A program made the position numbers and the translations under genes. Below, piece by piece: positions 49,926-58,943 of a stretch of DNA of 64,000 nt. Position 1 is the first letter of the stretch. Every line of letters starts with the position of its first letter. Under the pieces are notes generated by a model. It searched no databases. It worked only from the letters and a program-made list of their open reading frames with translations, and was not told the DNA's origin. Source of the stretch: Candidatus Neptunichlamydia sp. (GTDB taxonomy: Bacteria > Chlamydiota > Chlamydiia > Chlamydiales > Simkaniaceae); NCBI GenBank assembly GCA_965233865.1, contig OZ247587.1:896001-960000 (forward strand). The letters run 5' to 3'.

Positions 49926-50633
49926 TTATAACCCTAAGTTTTTGATTGCGTTTTCTGCGGCATTTTGCTCTGCCTCTTTCTTGGAAGATCCTTTTCCTTG
50001 ACCAAGCTCTCTATTGTCGAGATGCGCTTTAATAAAAAAGGTCTTGAGATGATCAGGCCCTTCTTCTTTGAGCACTTCATAATCTGGGGTTTTTTGATGA
50101 CTTTTCTGACAATAATCCTGAAGCTCAGCCTTCCAGTTTCGATGGGGCTTCTCAATGATAGAAAGGACATTCTCTCTAAAGTGATCAAAGAAAAACGAGC
50201 GAGCTGCTTCAACCCCCCCGTCGAGATAAAGTGCGCCAATGATTGCTTCAAAAAGATCCGCAAGAATCGTTCCACGACCTTTCCCTTCATTCATGGATTC
50301 CCCTTTTCCAACCATGAGAAATTTCTCTAAATCAATTTTCTGAAGATACAGGGTGCAGGCAGGAGCCTCGACCATTCTAGAACGGAGGTAAGAAAGCTCT
50401 CCTTCAGGGCGGTCTGGAAGGTGGTTGTAAAGAAAATCACTAACAATCAACCCAAGAATAGTGTCACCTAAAAATTCTAATCGCTCATTATGCCCCTCAA
50501 CAACATCGCGATTTTCATTGGTAAACGAGCGGTGAATAAACGCGAGTTCAATTAAAGACTTTTCTTTAAAAATGTAGTTGATTTGCGCTTCAATAAGAGG
50601 AACGCCTTTTCTCAAATGGTCATATGTATTCAT
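49926..50633 (-). CDS. rnc: Ribonuclease III
   Basis: NERLEFLGD, ADLFEAIIGALYLD, dsRBD (GSSKKEAEQNAA). Confidence 0.97.
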   Translation of the reverse strand: MNTYDHLRKGVPLIEAQINYIFKEKSLIELAFIHRSFTNENRDVVEGHNERLEFLGDTILGLIVSDFLYNHLPDRPEGELSYLRSRMVEAPACTLYLQKIDLEKFLMVGKGESMNEGKGRGTILADLFEAIIGALYLDGGVEAARSFFFDHFRENVLSIIEKPHRNWKAELQDYCQKSHQKTPDYEVLKEEGPDHLKTFFIKAHLDNRELGQGKGSSKKEAEQNAAENAIKNLGL

Positions 50634-50693
50634 TGGACTTCTGACTCTAAAACCGTTATAATGATTCTAACAAATATATTGTAAAAGGTAAAC

Positions 50694-51344
50694 ATGCGGT
50701 TTGCACTTGCTAAAGATCATCTCGATTTCTTCTATCGGAATCATTATATCGAATTTGAAGATATTCTGACTCTTGAAGAAGTGTTCTCAATCGAGGATGC
50801 AATTGAAGAGGTTCTCACAAAACGAGTGGGGGGAAACCGCAATCCCAAAAAGATTTACTTAGCGGGTAATTACTGCTGGCAAGACGACCCCCGCATTACA
50901 AAAATTGCACTTAGCTACCGCCTTGCAGAAATCGCCTCACAGCTTACAAAAGAGCGCACCCTCCGCTTAGCATCTAGCCAAATTCTTTCCGGCAGTCTCT
51001 CAGAGGAAAAGGTTTTTGATGAGCCATTGCCCCTTGAAAACCTCTGCTCAATTCAAAAAATATCATGCGGGGTCATTCTACACCTCTCTTCTTCCGAAGA
51101 GCTCGAAGATCCTCAACCTAAAAAGATTGGAAGCGCCACCTTCTTCTCTACAAGGATTCCCATTTCATTCGACTACCTCACCAAAACCTCACACCTCACT
51201 CAGCTTTTTTTTATCTACTCAGTGGAAAATGCTCTCTATGCTCTCACCCCTACCGATCCTCATACCCATGCCCTTAAAAAGCTTGGCTATGGCTTCGGCG
51301 ATCATGTCCTCCCAAATACGCACCCCATCGTTATAACTCCTTAA
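50694..51344 (+). CDS. Chlamydial CT296/DcrA-like protein (PhyH/2OG-dioxygenase-like fold)
   Basis: HLDFF...YIEFE N-terminus; DPH...LKKLGYGFGD...HP C-terminus; divergent from rnc, as in Chlamydia. Confidence 0.6.
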   Translation: MRFALAKDHLDFFYRNHYIEFEDILTLEEVFSIEDAIEEVLTKRVGGNRNPKKIYLAGNYCWQDDPRITKIALSYRLAEIASQLTKERTLRLASSQILSGSLSEEKVFDEPLPLENLCSIQKISCGVILHLSSSEELEDPQPKKIGSATFFSTRIPISFDYLTKTSHLTQLFFIYSVENALYALTPTDPHTHALKKLGYGFGDHVLPNTHPIVITP

Positions 51345-51480
51345 AAAAATTGATCATTTTTAACAACTTAATATTTGTTTTTTAGTTTCTTTTAATCGCA
51401 TTTGTCTTAATAAGAATTGTACATCGTTGTATATAAACAATCTGCATAAACACTCCTCTAGCCTAGAGGAGTGAAACTAC

Positions 51481-51567
51481 ATGAACCATAGCATGCTCTC
51501 GAACGTTCAGATCAAATGGCATTGCGATGAAATGGACACAAACGCTCTCGCCACTGGGGGCTTTTAG
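51481..51567 (+). CDS. Unannotated 28-aa small ORF MNHSMLSNVQIKWHCDEMDTNALATGGF
   Basis: GAGGAG RBS about 9 nt upstream; hairpin immediately downstream of the stop; below the ORF-track size cutoff. Confidence 0.4.
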   Translation: MNHSMLSNVQIKWHCDEMDTNALATGGF

Positions 51568-51568
51568 C

Positions 51569-51586
51569 TAGGTAGATCTCTACCTA
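51569..51586. terminator. Hairpin between the converging small ORF and amidohydrolase gene
   Basis: TAGGTAG-ATCT-CTACCTA. Confidence 0.4.
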
Positions 51587-52471
51587 TATATCGTAAAATG
51601 CTTTGGCATTTTCATAGAACAGCTTGCGTTGAACTTCCGGCGCATAGCGAGAAAATGCGGTACGAAAGATTTCTATAAGCTTTCCGTAGGTTAGAAATAA
51701 GGAATCTGGAGGAATATTGCTTCCAAAAAAGCACCGATCTTCTCCGAAAGCTTCGATACCTGCATGGAGAAACCTCTCAATATTCTCTTGATCATGGGAT
51801 TTAAATATAAGTCCAATTCCACTGAGCTTCAGATGAACATTCAGATTCTCCGCGAGAAGCTTGATGTCCCTCTTCCAAGCTTCAAAACCATTGTCTGTGA
51901 TATCACGGGGCCACCCCAGATGATCTAAGACAAAGGTCACATTAGGGGTCGACTTAACAAGCTTCGCCGCATCTGGGATTTGATGGCCAAATAGAGAAAT
52001 ATCAAAGGTAAGAATCTGCTTCGATAGGGATTGAAGACCTTTTTGAAAATGGGGTTCACTCATGAGATCTGGATCAGAAGATCCTGCTTCATGAAAAAGG
52101 ATCTGGCGCACGCCACGGACGTTAGGAAAATGGCAATGATCTTTTAACACGTTTTCAATATCAGGATCTCTAAGGTCCGCTTGAAACACAATAACATTTG
52201 GAAACCCATGGTTATCGGCAATTTTTTGAAGCCATTCTGTTTCATAAAGCGACTTCTTAAAAACAGGATTCGCTTCTAGGTGCACACACTTTGTGACATG
52301 GTAGGGCTTAACCAAGCTCTCATAATCGGTAATCAAAAAGTTCTTGCACAGCTTATTGCCTTTTCCGATAACCTCTTCAAAGTGCCCCTCTTTTTCTGTA
52401 AGCCAGGGGTATTCACCGTCATCTAGGTCCCATAGATGCATATGCCCATCGATAATTTCGTCTGTATACAT
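51584..52471 (-). CDS. Amidohydrolase_2 family protein (sugar-lactonase-like)
   Basis: IIDGHMHLWD, VRGVRQ, VLDHLGWP, NVHLKLSG, FGSN.P, NAKAFY; likely start 52471. Confidence 0.85.
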   Translation of the reverse strand: MYTDEIIDGHMHLWDLDDGEYPWLTEKEGHFEEVIGKGNKLCKNFLITDYESLVKPYHVTKCVHLEANPVFKKSLYETEWLQKIADNHGFPNVIVFQADLRDPDIENVLKDHCHFPNVRGVRQILFHEAGSSDPDLMSEPHFQKGLQSLSKQILTFDISLFGHQIPDAAKLVKSTPNVTFVLDHLGWPRDITDNGFEAWKRDIKLLAENLNVHLKLSGIGLIFKSHDQENIERFLHAGIEAFGEDRCFFGSNIPPDSLFLTYGKLIEIFRTAFSRYAPEVQRKLFYENAKAFYDI

Positions 52472-52656
52472 TGTTGATGCCTTTGTGAAAAATCCTGTCC
52501 TAAAATTCACATTACTGGTTTAATGAATTTTTTTGCACGTGCGTACTAATTTTTGATGGGCCAGAACTTTGCAATGATAAGAAATTCAGTTTTTGTAGTA
52601 AAAAATTGATGCAGAGTAATTCCCATCTCTGATATGAAAATAAGATCCTTCGGATA

Positions 52657-55600
52657 ATGATAAAATACGTGATGAAAAGCAGAACTGTAACACTCTTCCT
52701 CTACTACATATTTTTATGTTTTTCTTTATCCACCGCTTATGCTGCAAAAGGTCCAATCTCACACCCTCAAGCAGATCTCTCACCAGAAAAGGGTCTAATA
52801 CCTGATGCTTCCTCAGGACCAGGATATACGATTAACTTCGATAACGTTCCAGTTCTAGAAGTCGTCAAGTTTATCAGCAAAATTGGGAAGGTTAACTTCG
52901 TCTATGATGAAACAGCCTTAAACTTCAATGTTACAATCGCTTCAGAAGAGCCTACTCCTCTCGTTCATGTAATGGCGGCATTTATTCAGGTCCTTAGAAT
53001 CAATGGTCTAGACCTGATTGAGCAAGGGAACACTCTGGTGATTTCCAAAGGAGCGGGCATTAGGCAGATTGCAACAGTCGTCTCCAAAGAAGTCCCCCTT
53101 ACTGGGGATTATATCCCGCCGATTATGACCCGTGTATTTGATGTGAAAAATGCTAACCCCGATACGTTAGCAGGAATCATTCGACCTCTTCTCTCTTCAT
53201 CTGCAATCATAGAAGTGTCTGAGGCGACCCGTCACATTATCGTGACTGACATCACTCAGAACATAGAAGAAGTGCATAAGCTCTTTTACACTCTAGATGT
53301 TCCCAGGTCTGCTTTGAGCCTTGACTCATTTTCTTGCCATAACAGCTCTCCTGAAGAGCTAATCGCTCTTGCAAACCAAATCATGATCCCTATTTCTGAA
53401 GGGAATCCCTTAATATTTGTTCCTCAAAACCAAACACGCACGATCTTTATAGTTTCAACGCCCTTTCTTATCGAACAGTCGATCATGATCTTAGAAGATC
53501 TTGATACCCCTCCCTCTCTATCTAGAGGAATCCCTGGGCCGCTCACTGCAAACAACATTTTAATCTACCACATTAAATACAAGCCTGCTGATGCCTTGAT
53601 GCAAGGTGTCAAAGGGGTTGAAGGAAATCTTCACCAGCTAGGTCCTTCTTCTCAAAATTTAGTCGGTGCCTTAGGCTCCATGAAGTTTGTGAAACAAAGT
53701 CACTCTCTGTTTTTTGTTGGAGATACTCAGTCCCTTGATGAAGTCAAAACCATCTTGGATAGCTTGGATGTTCCCTATAGCGAGCAGGAACTCGAATATG
53801 TTCGAGGGGGGTTCTACATCTACAAAATTAAATATAATGATGAACAAGAAATTGCCAGCTCTCTTGACAAGCTTGTTAAAAACTTAAAAAATTCTGATCA
53901 TCCAGATACCGATCTTATCAGCACTATTCAATCAATGAAGTATATCAAGGAGAACGACTCTTTGATGTTCACCGGAGATCAACGGTCCATTAACCGTCTA
54001 AAAGAGATTTTGACAACGTTTGATGTACCTCAACATCAGATTTCGAAGATCCCCATGAGTAACCACTTCTTCATCTACAAGCCCACAAATGAGACTGCAG
54101 AAGACTTGTTAACTCAGGTAAAAAACACCTCTAAAAATCTTAAGAATTCTAATTTTACCGATGCAGCATTTCTGAAAGCTCTAAGCTCTATAACCCTTTC
54201 TGATGAAGGCAAATCCGTCACGTTTACTGGAGACCGACAATCCCTTGATCGAATTAAGGCTTTAGTCGCAGGGATGGATCAACCTAAAGGACCGGCTTCT
54301 GCTGAAACAAAAAATTTTATCTATCAGATCCAATTTGTAAATCCCGAATACATTGAAGGAGGGCTTCAAAGTATAGCAGAAACGCTCCCTTCTGATAACC
54401 CTTTAACTCTGACAATCGATAACATGAAATATGTCAAGCAGTCAAACTCGATTGTTTTTAGAGGGTCAGAAAACACGATTAGCGAGATCAAAACAATCTT
54501 GCCAACGCTTGATAATCAGCAAATTTCTCAAAATCAAGCAGCTGGAAAGTCTACGTACTTTGTCTACAAATTGCAAAATGCTTCCGGTAATCAAGTCATT
54601 AAAGAACTCAAGCAAACAGCTCAATCCATCAAGGGTTCTACTACCCAAGATAAAGAAGTTATACAATCAATCAACAGTATTGATTGTATTGAGTCAACAA
54701 ATTCTCTAGTTATTACAGGCCCTCCCTCTGTTATTGATCGCATTAGAGGCATGATTGAAAAATATGATACTCATCGTGCAGAGGCGACTTCGTTCTATGT
54801 CTATAAACCAACAGGTATCACTGCTGAAAAATTCCAAAAACGTGCTCTCAGCGCTGCAAAAGAAATGGATGCTGCTGGACTTGATAATAGTAGCTTTATT
54901 GAAGCTATGGGCTCCGCGAAAATTGTATCGAATGGTTCTGCTGTAATGTTTACCGGTACTCCTCAAAGCATCGAAAAACTCAAAGAGATGATTACATCTT
55001 TTGACTCCTATAAAGCAGATCAGCCAAAAACTTCAGAATTTTTTATGTACAAACCTAAGGTGATTTCGGCAGAACAACTTAGAAATGACGTCTTAAAAGC
55101 TGCTAAACAGCTTGAGAAGTCAGGACTCCAAGATCCTGAGTTAATTAGCGCCATGGACTCTGCCAAAATCTCCTCTAGTGGAGATCGTGTTGTCTTTACG
55201 GGAACACCTGAAGCTATTTCAAAAATAAAAATGATGGCTGAACAGTATGATAATCAAGAGGAACAAACCAAAGCTTCTCAGTATTTTATTTTCAAACCGC
55301 AGCATCAAACTCCTGAAGAGATTATCAAACAATCACAACATGCTGCCGATCAAATGGAAGATAAGGGTCTCACTGACAGGAGCCTGATTACAGCTCTTAG
55401 CTCTGCAACAATTGTTTCCCAGGGAACTGGTGTTCTATACACTGGAACCAAGGATGCCATAATGCAAATTGAGGACCTTGTTCCAACCTTTGACAATACA
55501 AAGGCTACCTCCCCCGATGCAAACCAATTCTTTGTGTATACTCCTGTTCATATTACCGCCGATCAGCTAAGGCAACACTCACGTCGTGTTGCAGATGACA

Positions 55601-57480
55601 TGGAAGGTGCTGGGTTTAGCGATAAAAGCTTGATTAGCACCCTGCAAAACACCCGCCTTGCTTCTAACAGAAAAGGTGTTTTATTTACGGGAACTTCAGA
55701 GTCAATTGCCAAAGTTCAACAATTACTCCCCTCTTTAGATAGTCCAACGGATGATCAGCCCAAACAAGTTGGGAAGACCACTTTCATGATCTACAAGATC
55801 AAGTATCTAACAGGGCAAACCTTAATGGGATACTTAAGAAATATGGCCTCAGACTTGCAACGCGCTGGGTCTACTCAAGATGACTTAATGACAACTTTGA
55901 ACAATATGCGCTATGTTCAGGATACTAACTCGATTATCTTTACTGGAACCCCTCATGCTATTCAAGAATCTCTGGCCCTAGCTCAGAAATTTGATATTCC
56001 TTCGCTTGCTCAAGAAGCTCCCATTCGTGCCCCTACTGACTATCTGATTTACAAACCTAAGTTCGTTCCTGGAGAAGAATTAATTCGTGTACTCCACGAT
56101 TTTGAGCAGAATTTAAGAACATCTGGCGTCACTGATAAAGAACTCTTTGATGTGATCAATAACCTCAAGTGGATGGAAAGGACCTCTTCAATTCTAGTCT
56201 CAGGCGATGAAAAGGAGACAAAAAAAGTTTTAGAGCTTCTAGAACGTTTTGATATTCCTGGACCTGGAATTCCTGAGGGTGCACCTGGAATTGAAACTGT
56301 CTCTGATATGAGCTTCCTTATTTACAAGTTACAGTATCATTCAGGAGAAGAAATCCAGTCAGCAATTAAGCTTATCGGAGTAGACCTTGGAAAATCAAAA
56401 TCAAATAGTGATTTAGCCCAAGCAATTCGAACACTTCAATGGATCGAGGTCACCAATTCCCTTGTTGCCACAGGGCAAGCAGATTCCTTAGGGAAACTCA
56501 AGGAGTTGATCAAGAGCATTGACATCCCTCTTAAGCAAGTCTTTGTAGAAATTTTAGTGATTGAAACGCAAAACGCCGACACTCTAGAATTTGGTCTTCA
56601 CTGGGGGTCTCAAGGTGTCTACCGCAATAAGTTCTCTTATGGCACATATGGCAATCCTATAAATACATCGAACAACAAAGATCCACTCGTGTCCTTTAAC
56701 GAATCCGTACAAAGAATTACTGGATCAGCAACTCCGAGTGGAACCATGATTCCAGTCGTATCAGGTGGAGATCTTGGAGTAATTGGGGATATTATCCTCC
56801 ATAAAGGACAGACCTATTTTGCACTAGGTTCTTTGATCAATGCACTCAAGAATGATGGTGATTCTACGATTGTAATGAACCAGAAAATCATCACTCAGGA
56901 CAATAAAATGTCTACCATCTTCTCAGGGCAGAACATTCCCTATACTGGATCCCTTGTCACACAAACGGGTGCGAATCAAATCACAACAGCCAACTTGGAA
57001 TATCGCGATGTGGGAATCAGCCTAAGTATTACTCCTGTTGTTGGGAATAACGACATTATCACACTCATGATTGAGGAAGACATTTCCGAACAAATCAATA
57101 CCGATCAAGGAAGTAGCGTAAACTCTGATCAGGTTCAAGGAATTACAACAAGTAAAAACAGCACGAAGGTTGTTGTCAGTGTTCCAGACAAAAGCTTCCT
57201 TGTCTTAAGTGGGTCGATTCAGGACTCTAAAACACGCACCAAAACAAGCATTCCCTGCCTTGGAGGTCTTCCTCTGATTGGTGCGGCCTTTTCCGATGTC
57301 AGTCTGGATAGCTCGGTTGCAAACATTGTCTTCTTTGTGAAGCCGCAAATTATCAAATCCTTCGATGTCTACTCGGAGATTACCGAAAGACAGGAAGATA
57401 TTTTCCGCGGTTACTCAGGTGACTCTGAAGACTTTGATATTGGTGTCGAACTTGTCAAAACCCCAGATGACACTTATTAG
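52657..57480 (+). CDS. Giant secretin (chlamydial CdsC/SctC-like) with N0, N1, N2, about 12 tandem N3-type domains and a C-terminal secretin barrel
   Basis: Signal peptide (..STAYA); N0 GYTINFDNVPVLEVVKFISKI; repeats F(I/V)YK...FTG...D; secretin core KQVFVEILVIE, YRDVGISLSITP, IPCLGGLPLIGAAF, FFVKPQII. Confidence 0.9.
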   Translation: MIKYVMKSRTVTLFLYYIFLCFSLSTAYAAKGPISHPQADLSPEKGLIPDASSGPGYTINFDNVPVLEVVKFISKIGKVNFVYDETALNFNVTIASEEPTPLVHVMAAFIQVLRINGLDLIEQGNTLVISKGAGIRQIATVVSKEVPLTGDYIPPIMTRVFDVKNANPDTLAGIIRPLLSSSAIIEVSEATRHIIVTDITQNIEEVHKLFYTLDVPRSALSLDSFSCHNSSPEELIALANQIMIPISEGNPLIFVPQNQTRTIFIVSTPFLIEQSIMILEDLDTPPSLSRGIPGPLTANNILIYHIKYKPADALMQGVKGVEGNLHQLGPSSQNLVGALGSMKFVKQSHSLFFVGDTQSLDEVKTILDSLDVPYSEQELEYVRGGFYIYKIKYNDEQEIASSLDKLVKNLKNSDHPDTDLISTIQSMKYIKENDSLMFTGDQRSINRLKEILTTFDVPQHQISKIPMSNHFFIYKPTNETAEDLLTQVKNTSKNLKNSNFTDAAFLKALSSITLSDEGKSVTFTGDRQSLDRIKALVAGMDQPKGPASAETKNFIYQIQFVNPEYIEGGLQSIAETLPSDNPLTLTIDNMKYVKQSNSIVFRGSENTISEIKTILPTLDNQQISQNQAAGKSTYFVYKLQNASGNQVIKELKQTAQSIKGSTTQDKEVIQSINSIDCIESTNSLVITGPPSVIDRIRGMIEKYDTHRAEATSFYVYKPTGITAEKFQKRALSAAKEMDAAGLDNSSFIEAMGSAKIVSNGSAVMFTGTPQSIEKLKEMITSFDSYKADQPKTSEFFMYKPKVISAEQLRNDVLKAAKQLEKSGLQDPELISAMDSAKISSSGDRVVFTGTPEAISKIKMMAEQYDNQEEQTKASQYFIFKPQHQTPEEIIKQSQHAADQMEDKGLTDRSLITALSSATIVSQGTGVLYTGTKDAIMQIEDLVPTFDNTKATSPDANQFFVYTPVHITADQLRQHSRRVADDMEGAGFSDKSLISTLQNTRLASNRKGVLFTGTSESIAKVQQLLPSLDSPTDDQPKQVGKTTFMIYKIKYLTGQTLMGYLRNMASDLQRAGSTQDDLMTTLNNMRYVQDTNSIIFTGTPHAIQESLALAQKFDIPSLAQEAPIRAPTDYLIYKPKFVPGEELIRVLHDFEQNLRTSGVTDKELFDVINNLKWMERTSSILVSGDEKETKKVLELLERFDIPGPGIPEGAPGIETVSDMSFLIYKLQYHSGEEIQSAIKLIGVDLGKSKSNSDLAQAIRTLQWIEVTNSLVATGQADSLGKLKELIKSIDIPLKQVFVEILVIETQNADTLEFGLHWGSQGVYRNKFSYGTYGNPINTSNNKDPLVSFNESVQRITGSATPSGTMIPVVSGGDLGVIGDIILHKGQTYFALGSLINALKNDGDSTIVMNQKIITQDNKMSTIFSGQNIPYTGSLVTQTGANQITTANLEYRDVGISLSITPVVGNNDIITLMIEEDISEQINTDQGSSVNSDQVQGITTSKNSTKVVVSVPDKSFLVLSGSIQDSKTRTKTSIPCLGGLPLIGAAFSDVSLDSSVANIVFFVKPQIIKSFDVYSEITERQEDIFRGYSGDSEDFDIGVELVKTPDDTY

Positions 57481-57567
57481 TTTCAACCTGAGATTTGTAA
57501 AGCACTAGCCTTAAGAGGGCGTCAAACAGCTGGACTTTTCGTTCGATGAATGCTAGGCTGTTTCCCA

Positions 57568-58521
57568 ATGAAGTATGCAAAATTAATCCTCACCGTTTTT
57601 TTATTGCTCGCCGTGACAGGTTGCTACAAGGTCCCTGATAAAATTGAGCCACAGGTGAATTTCTCGGTGCAAGACAAGTACTTAAAGCAATTACCTCCCG
57701 CTTTCCCCCCACTAGACTCAAGTGAGAAAGGAGAATCGTGGGGACAGGAGTATCTGATTGCTCAAAAATTTGCAGAACATTTGGACCTTTACCGCGCAAT
57801 TACGACATTTAAACGTGCGGAGTTTTTATTACCAGCGGGGAAGCTTAACCGTCTTGAAGAGATTCAGTACCAGATCCTCTTGAGCTACTATTTAGGAAAG
57901 CGATATGAGCAAGTAACGCAAGAGTTTATCCACTCATCTCTATACTCAGCGACAGAGAGTTTTCCTGCTTACCATGATCTTCTGATCATAATGTATGAAA
58001 GTTACCTGGAAGTGGGAGAAGAGCAAAAAGCGGATTACGTCTTTAAAGTGATAGAACACCGTTTTCCTGAAGCAGCAAAAAGGCTCAAAGTTTCAACGGC
58101 CCTGATTGAAGGGAATCTGGACACACTCCAAACGATTCAGAAGGAAGGCCCTTCAAAGGAATACATCACACAATTTCTAAACACTTACGAAGCAAAAAAA
58201 AAGTCTGTTAAAAAAGCACAAACGCTCAATGCCCTCCTGCCAGGTGCAGGGTTCTTGTATATCGGGCAAAAACAATCAGCATTTACCTCTTTTCTCTTAA
58301 ATGGCCTCTTTATCTGGGCGTCGGTTCACTTTTACACTAAAGGAAACTATGCAGCCGGAGCAATCTTCACAAGCTTTGAAACAGGCTGGTATTTTGGAGG
58401 GATCTATGGAGCTGGAGAAAGTGCTAAGTTTTACAATGAACGTCTTTACGAAGAGAATGTCTGCCCCATCCTTAACAAACATAGCTCCTTTCCTGTCTTA
58501 ATGCTGAAGTTTGGGTTCTAA
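57568..58521 (+). CDS. TPR-containing lipoprotein with a C-terminal hydrophobic (TM2-like) segment
   Basis: Lipobox AVTGC; TPR-like YRAITTFKRAEFL; LLPGAGFLYIGQ; upstream of a yidD-like gene. Confidence 0.7.
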   Translation: MKYAKLILTVFLLLAVTGCYKVPDKIEPQVNFSVQDKYLKQLPPAFPPLDSSEKGESWGQEYLIAQKFAEHLDLYRAITTFKRAEFLLPAGKLNRLEEIQYQILLSYYLGKRYEQVTQEFIHSSLYSATESFPAYHDLLIIMYESYLEVGEEQKADYVFKVIEHRFPEAAKRLKVSTALIEGNLDTLQTIQKEGPSKEYITQFLNTYEAKKKSVKKAQTLNALLPGAGFLYIGQKQSAFTSFLLNGLFIWASVHFYTKGNYAAGAIFTSFETGWYFGGIYGAGESAKFYNERLYEENVCPILNKHSSFPVLMLKFGF

Positions 58522-58943
58522 TGAAAACACTCCTATTACTCATTTTGTCCATTCCTCTATTTGCTGAAGTGGGGTTTGTGAAACCATGGGGAAGAGATTC
58601 TGAACTGGTCCCTAGCACTAGTCTCATTCCTCCCCTTCCAGAACAGTCAGGGCTCATGACTAAACTGAGCGAATATATTATCCTTTTTCATCAAAATATC
58701 ATCTCCCCTGTTGATGGCCCCCGTAGTCACTTCCGTCCCACAAGCTCACGCTATATGCTTCTGGCAATGAGAAGAAATGGCTTTATCAAAGGGTACATTA
58801 TGGGATGTGACCGCCTCCTACGAGAAAATAAGGAGGAGTGGGTCTATCGCACAGTAACAATTAATGGAGAGACTTATAAGTGGGACCCAACTTTTTCATC
58901 ATCAAAAAGAAGCGGCTCCTCCAAGAAGGCTACTTCATCATGA
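58521..58943 (+). CDS. yidD: YidD-like membrane protein insertion efficiency factor
   Basis: FHQ.IISPVDGPRSHFRPTSSRY...GCDRLLREN. Confidence 0.75.
   Translation: MKTLLLLILSIPLFAEVGFVKPWGRDSELVPSTSLIPPLPEQSGLMTKLSEYIILFHQNIISPVDGPRSHFRPTSSRYMLLAMRRNGFIKGYIMGCDRLLRENKEEWVYRTVTINGETYKWDPTFSSSKRSGSSKKATSS

Noticed and set aside
53550..56520. Secretin repeats as a DNA tandem repeat, CRISPR or misassembly
   Set aside because: The repeats are visible only at protein level and are highly diverged; there are no identical nucleotide repeats or spacers.
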